A stretch of DNA of 64,000 nucleotides from Polyangiaceae bacterium (GTDB lineage: Bacteria; Myxococcota_A; Polyangia; Polyangiales; Polyangiaceae): positions 192,001 to 256,000 of the forward strand of contig CBDCTZ010000012.1 in NCBI GenBank assembly GCA_965222375.1. Reading direction: 5' to 3'. Positions 59,208-64,000 of this stretch are shown here, piece after piece (position 1 is the stretch's first letter; each line of letters begins with the position of its first letter). Both the position numbers and the translations under genes were made by a program. The notes beneath the pieces were generated by a model. It saw only the letters and a list, made by a program, of their open reading frames with translations, was not told the DNA's origin and made no database searches.

Positions 59208-61655
59208 ATGCTCGCTAGCGGCAGAGCCTGGGTGGCGGCCTCGCTGGCGCTGGCGGCGGCACAATCCGTCGTGCCGCAGCTGTTGGCGCAGCCCGCGCCA
59301 GCCGAGGCGCCGCCACCAGCTCCAGCGGCGCCAGTCATCGTCGCGCCGAAGCTGCTCAGCTCGCCCGACGTGCCTTATCCGGAAGACGGCGCGGGTGACG
59401 CTCGCGTCGTCGTGACCCTCGTGGTCGACGCGACGGGCGTGGTCACTGAGGCGACAGCAGACACCGACAACGAACCCTTCTCGACCGTGGCGGTGGAAGC
59501 AGTACGCGGCTGGTTGTTCAAGCCTGCAACCCGCAACGGCACTTTCATCTCCGCCAAGATCAAGGTGGAGCTCGTTTTCAAGGAGCCACAAACCTTGGAA
59601 GACCCACCACCAGAACCGACCTCGACGGAGGAGGCGCCTACGGAGCCGAGCACGCCGGAAACGCCCCCCGCGCCGCCGGTGCCGAAGGTATTCGAAGTCA
59701 CCGTCACCGGCGAGCGCGGTGAGCCGGGGCGCAGCGTGACCTTTTCCCGCGCCGAAGTACGACAGATCCCTGGCACCTTCGGAGATCCTTTTCGCGCCAT
59801 CGAAGCGATGCCCGGAGTTACGCCCATCGTCTCTGGCTTGCCCTTCTTCTTCATTCGTGGCGCACCGCCTGGCAACGTGGGTTACTTCTTGGACGGCATT
59901 CGAGTGCCGCTCCTGTTTCACGTGGGCATTGGGCCTTCCGTGGTGCACCCGGGCATCGTCGATCGCGTCGACCTGTATCCAGGTGGATATCCCGCGCGTT
60001 TCGGCCGCTTCGCCGGAGGCATCGTGGCAGGGGAAACCACAGAGCCCGTGCCACGCTGGCGGGGCGAGTACAACCTGCGCCTATTTGATGCCGGCGCGAT
60101 GGTGGAAGCGCCCTTCGCGGATGGACGCGGCATCGCCCTGGTCGGAGGCCGCTATTCCTACGCTGCGTAACTGTTGTCGATTTTGTCGCCGGAGACTCAG
60201 TTGGAATACTGGGACTATCAGGTCCGCGCCAGCTACGACGTGACGCCGAAGGACCGCCTGGGCGTGTTTTCATTCGGAGCCTTCGACTTCTTGGGTCAGC
60301 GCACCCAGGACGAGACCCTGACGCTATTTGGTACCGAATTTCACCGCGTGGACCTGCGCTACGACCGGCGCTTTTCCGGCAGTGGCAACATGCGCACGGC
60401 ATTCACTCTGGGTGTTGATCGATCCACGGTGCAGCAAGACCGCGCCGTGGTCAGTCGTTTGGCGGGCGCTCGCACAGAGCTGACCCATCGACTCGACGAA
60501 CAGGTGCTGCTTCGTGCCGGCACCGACTTGCACCTCGAAACCTACGATATCGATCTGGGCTCCGAGGCCCTTTCGCCAGCAGCGCAACGTGCTGCTCGAG
60601 ACTTCCCGTCGCGCACCGACATCGCCCTTGGCGTTCGCGGTGACACGGTCCTGTCCATCGACAGCGGCTTCGAGGTCACGCCGGGGCTGCGCATCGACCT
60701 GTACGGTTCCGAAGGCGCGACGGCGGTCGGCATTGACCCGCGCCTGGCAACTCGGGCGCGCGTTACGGAGCGAGTGCACCTGCTGACGGCGCTCGGGATC
60801 GCGCACCAGCCCCCGGCCTTCGTGGTGCCGGTGCCTGGCTTCCAACCCGGCGGGCTCCGTGGGGGGCTGCAACGAGCTATTCAGGAAAGCCTCGGGGTCG
60901 AATTCGACCTGGGGGAGTCCACCTTGTTCACGGCGACGGTGTTTCAGAACTCCTTCTTCAACATGAGTGATCCTCTGGGGGTCAATCCCGCTCTGCCACG
61001 GGGTTGCGCGCCGGGGGCGTATCCCGACGATAGTTTGGGCGGAGATTACGGTGTCACTCCCGACGATCCTCCCTTATGTGGCATCCCCCGCTTCGTCCCG
61101 GGCACGATCGGTCCGGATCGAAGTGGTGGCTTCGGGGACGCCGCGGACAGTCGCGGAGGACGATCCTTCGCCAGCGCCTTGGAAGTGCGCACCCTCGGTG
61201 CAGCCTACGGCCTCGAGTTGTATCTAAAGCGCAAGCTCACCAAGAAGTTCGGTGGCTTCGTTTCCTACACTTTGTCGCGCTCGACGCGCAGCTTCGGGCG
61301 GCGGCGCTACGTCGCATCCTTCGATCGCACTCACGTCTTCAACGCCGCTGCCGCCTATGACCTGGGCAACCGCTGGCGAGCGGGGACTCGCTTCATTTTC
61401 TACACGGGCCTGCCCAAGGTGCCGGATCCAAATGACCCCGAGTCGACTCGGCTGCCTCCCTTCCTGCGTGCGGATCTGCGCTTGGAAAAACGCTGGCAAT
61501 TAACGGACACGGTTTGGATTTCTGGCGTCGCCGAATGGATGAACGCAACCTTGTCCAAGGAAGCCGTGACGAGCACATGTACGCTGCAGGGTTGCGAAGC
61601 AGAAGAAATCGGTCCCATCACCATCCCCAGCTTGGGTGTAGAAGGAGGCTTCTGA
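59208..61655 (+). pseudogene. TonB-C-fused TonB-dependent receptor interrupted by an in-frame TAA (60168-60170)
   Basis: TonB C-terminal domain (PYP...W.FKPA), plug motifs (GDPFRAI..MPGV, IRG, YPGGYPARFG), barrel (PGLRID, DPR, DLRLEK, C-terminal F). ORFs 59208-60170 and 60174-61655 are in the same frame. Confidence 0.82.
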
Positions 61656-61657
61656 GC

Positions 61658-62239
61658 ATGATCGCGCAACTGTTGACGGTCTCGACCCGCCCCGCACTGC
61701 TGTTCGCGCTGCTGCTGGCTACCGCCTGTGGCGACCCCGGAGAGGCGGATCCCGCCCCGCCTTGCGACATGGAGTGTCAGGACGCCAACGCCATGCGGGC
61801 GCTTCGCGCCACCACCAAGCTGATCTTCAACCTGACCCTGCAAGGCAAACCCGTCGGGGCCCAGGACGAAACCACCGACTGCCCTCAGGGCGGGTCCGCG
61901 CGTGTGTTTGGCACTGCGACCTCAAACGCGGTGCAGGGCGCATCGGAGCTGGATCTCACATACGAGTTTTCGGACTGTCACCGACTGGCTCGGGATGACG
62001 ACCCCGGTGAAAACTACGACGTGACCATCAACGGCAGCATGACTCAGAAGGGCATTCTCGCGGTGCAACCAACGGCGACGACCGGCCTGGTCATGAAGAG
62101 CGACAGCATGACCCTGGAGGGGACCATCTACGATCCACCCATCGCCTACTCCGCCGTCGACTGCGTGATCGAGCTGGGACAATCCGGCAACAACCTATCC
62201 GGTTTCATCTGCGGACGCGCCGCTGGGCTGAAGTTGTAG
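61658..62239 (+). CDS. hypothetical lipoprotein downstream of the TonB receptor
   Basis: LLATAC lipobox, Cys pairs, beta-rich. Confidence 0.7.
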   Translation: MIAQLLTVSTRPALLFALLLATACGDPGEADPAPPCDMECQDANAMRALRATTKLIFNLTLQGKPVGAQDETTDCPQGGSARVFGTATSNAVQGASELDLTYEFSDCHRLARDDDPGENYDVTINGSMTQKGILAVQPTATTGLVMKSDSMTLEGTIYDPPIAYSAVDCVIELGQSGNNLSGFICGRAAGLKL

Positions 62240-62299
62240 GCCGTACAAAACGACCCGCCATCCCACGCCATCCGCCTCGCCTTGGTCGGTTGATTCGGT

Positions 62300-62510
62300 G
62301 CGCTTGTGACGCGCTTCGCGATGCCGAATGCGTCGATACCCGAAGGGGTCATGATCATACGCAGCTCGTTGCCCGCGGCGGATGTGTGTGATCTAGAGGC
62401 GAAATGCAAACAGCAGAGTGGCTGGCGAAGCAGATTGCCGGTGAGTTTGGAGGGGCGCAGCTCGGCGACAGCCGGTGCAGCGAGCAGCTGAAGTGGCTAG
62501 CTGACCGCAG
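62300..62510 (+). mobile_element. IS4-family (Tn5/IS50-like) transposase N-terminal remnant plus upstream repeat
   Basis: Translation from 62404, MQTAEWLAKQIAGEFGGAQLGDSRCSEQLKWLA, resembles the W..EF..A.LGD.R...L..LA DNA-binding motif, then similarity ends. Upstream sequence is shared with 30483-30513. Confidence 0.55.
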
Positions 62511-62564
62511 GCTGTGGACTTGCGGCAGAGACTCGACACGCGCCAGTCACACTGCAGAAACTCG

Positions 62565-64000
62565 CTACGGGACTAGAATTGTGAGCGCCTGCCGCAAGAG
62601 GGCAGCCAGGGGCTCAGCGGGCTCGCCGCAGGTGTCACCCCGACACGCCAGCGCAGCTACGGCCTTCTTCGACTCTCCGCGCCGAAAGCCCATGTGCGTC
62701 AGGGCGCTCAGAAGCTTGGATTCGACGTTCGCCGAGTCCGCGGAGGCTTGGTCGCGCAGTTTCCCTCCTTCCACGGCCTCGCCCTCCATGTTGGCAGCTT
62801 GACTCGCCGCAGGCTGGAAGGAACCGAGCGATTCACTCACACGGAGTTCAGTAGCGTCGCCCGCTCGGCAGCTAGGTGCGCCGGGTTGCGTGGGTTCGTC
62901 GGGGGTCAGCTGGTTGGTTGCCGGAGTTTCGTTGGCGTCACTTTGCCGGCAGCTTGGCGGGCTGGGTGTCGTGGGAGGTTCAGCGTTGGACTGTGCAAGG
63001 GCGCGCCGCGATTCGCAGTCCAACCTCTGCTGGTGAAGGAGAGTCGCGCCGCCCATGGAATGCAGTTCGACAGCCTCCCGGACGCTGCTCTCTTCGGATG
63101 GCTGCGGCGTGACCCCGCTGCCCGCCTGGAAGACGCTGCTCTGTCCATGCCCTCGCCGCGACTCGCAGTCCAACCTCTGCTGGCGAAGGCGAATTCTACT
63201 CTCGATGTAGTGCCGCCCGAACACCTTCTCGGCCTCGAACGAGTTGTGCGCGTGGCACAGCAGACGTCCGTTGCAAGTCGTGCCGGCGCCCCCCAAGGCG
63301 CGCGGGTCTTCGTGGTCAAGTTGTACAAACGCGCGTGCTTGGCAGCGCTCACCGCTCGGCGACACGTACGTGCACTGCTCGCCATCGCGCTGGTAGATCT
63401 CCCTGCGGGCCTCGCGGGAGAAGTCGCCGTGCTTGGTGCCGCGAGAGCGCCGCGGTTTGTCTGTCTTGCCGAGCTTCTTCTTTTCCAGTTCTGCCAGCAC
63501 CAAGTCGAGCCCGCGCTCGATGACCGTCGCCAAGTCTCGCTTCGGATTCGAATGACTCATCAGATCGAGCGCGCGCTCGAGCTTGTCTTTGACGGCAGCT
63601 CCGGCCGAAAACTGGATGTGAAACCGCTCCGCGGAAAGCGGTGACATGCGGGACCTGGGCTCATGGAGCTCAACCGTCGGCGGCCCCGAGTTTGCCGCAA
63701 CGGATTGGCTGGCAGCTGCGCCAACGGACTGGCCTTCAGCGGCGGCATCACCTCCGAGACGTGCCTGGACTGGCAGCGGGCGCATCGAGTCTGCCACGTC
63801 TTTCTTCGGAAACCGCGAGCGGATCAGCAACTCGACCTCGGCTTTGCTTTTGTCGCAGGCCTCCGCGAGCAACTCGGCGTGGTTTTCTTCATCAAAGTAC
63901 TTCTGCAGCATGCTGAGCGCCGTTACGTGGATCCGCCCCTCTCGCAGCAGGTCCAGGACCGCGGGGTAGCTCCACGCGATCCGAGCCGCTGCCAGGTGTC
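62565..64000 (-). CDS. HNH endonuclease with RuvA C-terminal-like domain (5' end outside window)
   Basis: Frame open to the window edge (...ARIAWSYPAVLDLLREGRIHVTALSML...); RDGEQC, LDH.DP...GG...N.RLLC.AHN; C-terminal LLSALTHMGF...LLRQAL. Confidence 0.8.
   Translation of the reverse strand, partial: HLAAARIAWSYPAVLDLLREGRIHVTALSMLQKYFDEENHAELLAEACDKSKAEVELLIRSRFPKKDVADSMRPLPVQARLGGDAAAEGQSVGAAASQSVAANSGPPTVELHEPRSRMSPLSAERFHIQFSAGAAVKDKLERALDLMSHSNPKRDLATVIERGLDLVLAELEKKKLGKTDKPRRSRGTKHGDFSREARREIYQRDGEQCTYVSPSGERCQARAFVQLDHEDPRALGGAGTTCNGRLLCHAHNSFEAEKVFGRHYIESRIRLRQQRLDCESRRGHGQSSVFQAGSGVTPQPSEESSVREAVELHSMGGATLLHQQRLDCESRRALAQSNAEPPTTPSPPSCRQSDANETPATNQLTPDEPTQPGAPSCRAGDATELRVSESLGSFQPAASQAANMEGEAVEGGKLRDQASADSANVESKLLSALTHMGFRRGESKKAVAALACRGDTCGEPAEPLAALLRQALTILVP
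63004..63189. repeat. 36-bp direct repeat pair (63004-63039, 63154-63189) inside the HNH gene
   Basis: CGCCGCGA(T/C)TCGCAGTCCAACCTCTGCTGG(T/C)GAAGG, 150 bp apart, encoding QQRLDCESRR twice. Confidence 0.85.

Noticed and set aside
60168..60170. Stop-codon recoding (Sec/Pyl or alternative code)
   Set aside because: The codon is TAA, which terminates other genes here (trpA, glnE, first flotillin); no recoding signal is evident.
62381..62399. GATGTGTGTGATCTAGAG as an IS50-like terminal repeat
   Set aside because: Only loose resemblance, wrong orientation for a left end, and no matching partner found.

Overview
High-GC bacterial chromosomal window, almost certainly Myxococcota (Polyangiales/Sorangium-like), judged from a MYXO-CTERM protein, Gly-rich and Cys-rich lipoproteins, a TonB-fused receptor and the mevalonate pathway. 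Order: partial TPR lipoprotein and hisC; a mevalonate/isoprenoid cluster (HMG-CoA reductase, phosphomevalonate kinase, MvaD, mevalonate kinase, polyprenyl synthase, type-2 IDI); then a 12 kb block of seven genes, mostly membrane enzymes (two paralogous membrane-fused SpeE-like SAM transferases, three GT-C-like proteins, a geranylgeranyl reductase and a UbiA prenyltransferase). That block is my best candidate for an undescribed lipid-linked modification system. Next come a GAF/CheY pair, trpF-trpB-trpA (trpB has two +1 homopolymer frameshifts), a K+-independent membrane pyrophosphatase, glnE, tamA/tamB-like genes, a heme-related trio with hemB, two Gly-rich lipoproteins separated by strong hairpins, and NfeD plus two flotillins. 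The window ends with a TetR/S1P-lyase-like/MlrC operon carrying a tandem operator, divergent from a TonB-dependent receptor broken by an in-frame TAA, then an IS4-like remnant and a partial HNH-RuvA-C protein. Many genes appear leaderless. I saw no rRNA, tRNA or CRISPR array. All calls come from reading motifs by eye; no database searches were run.
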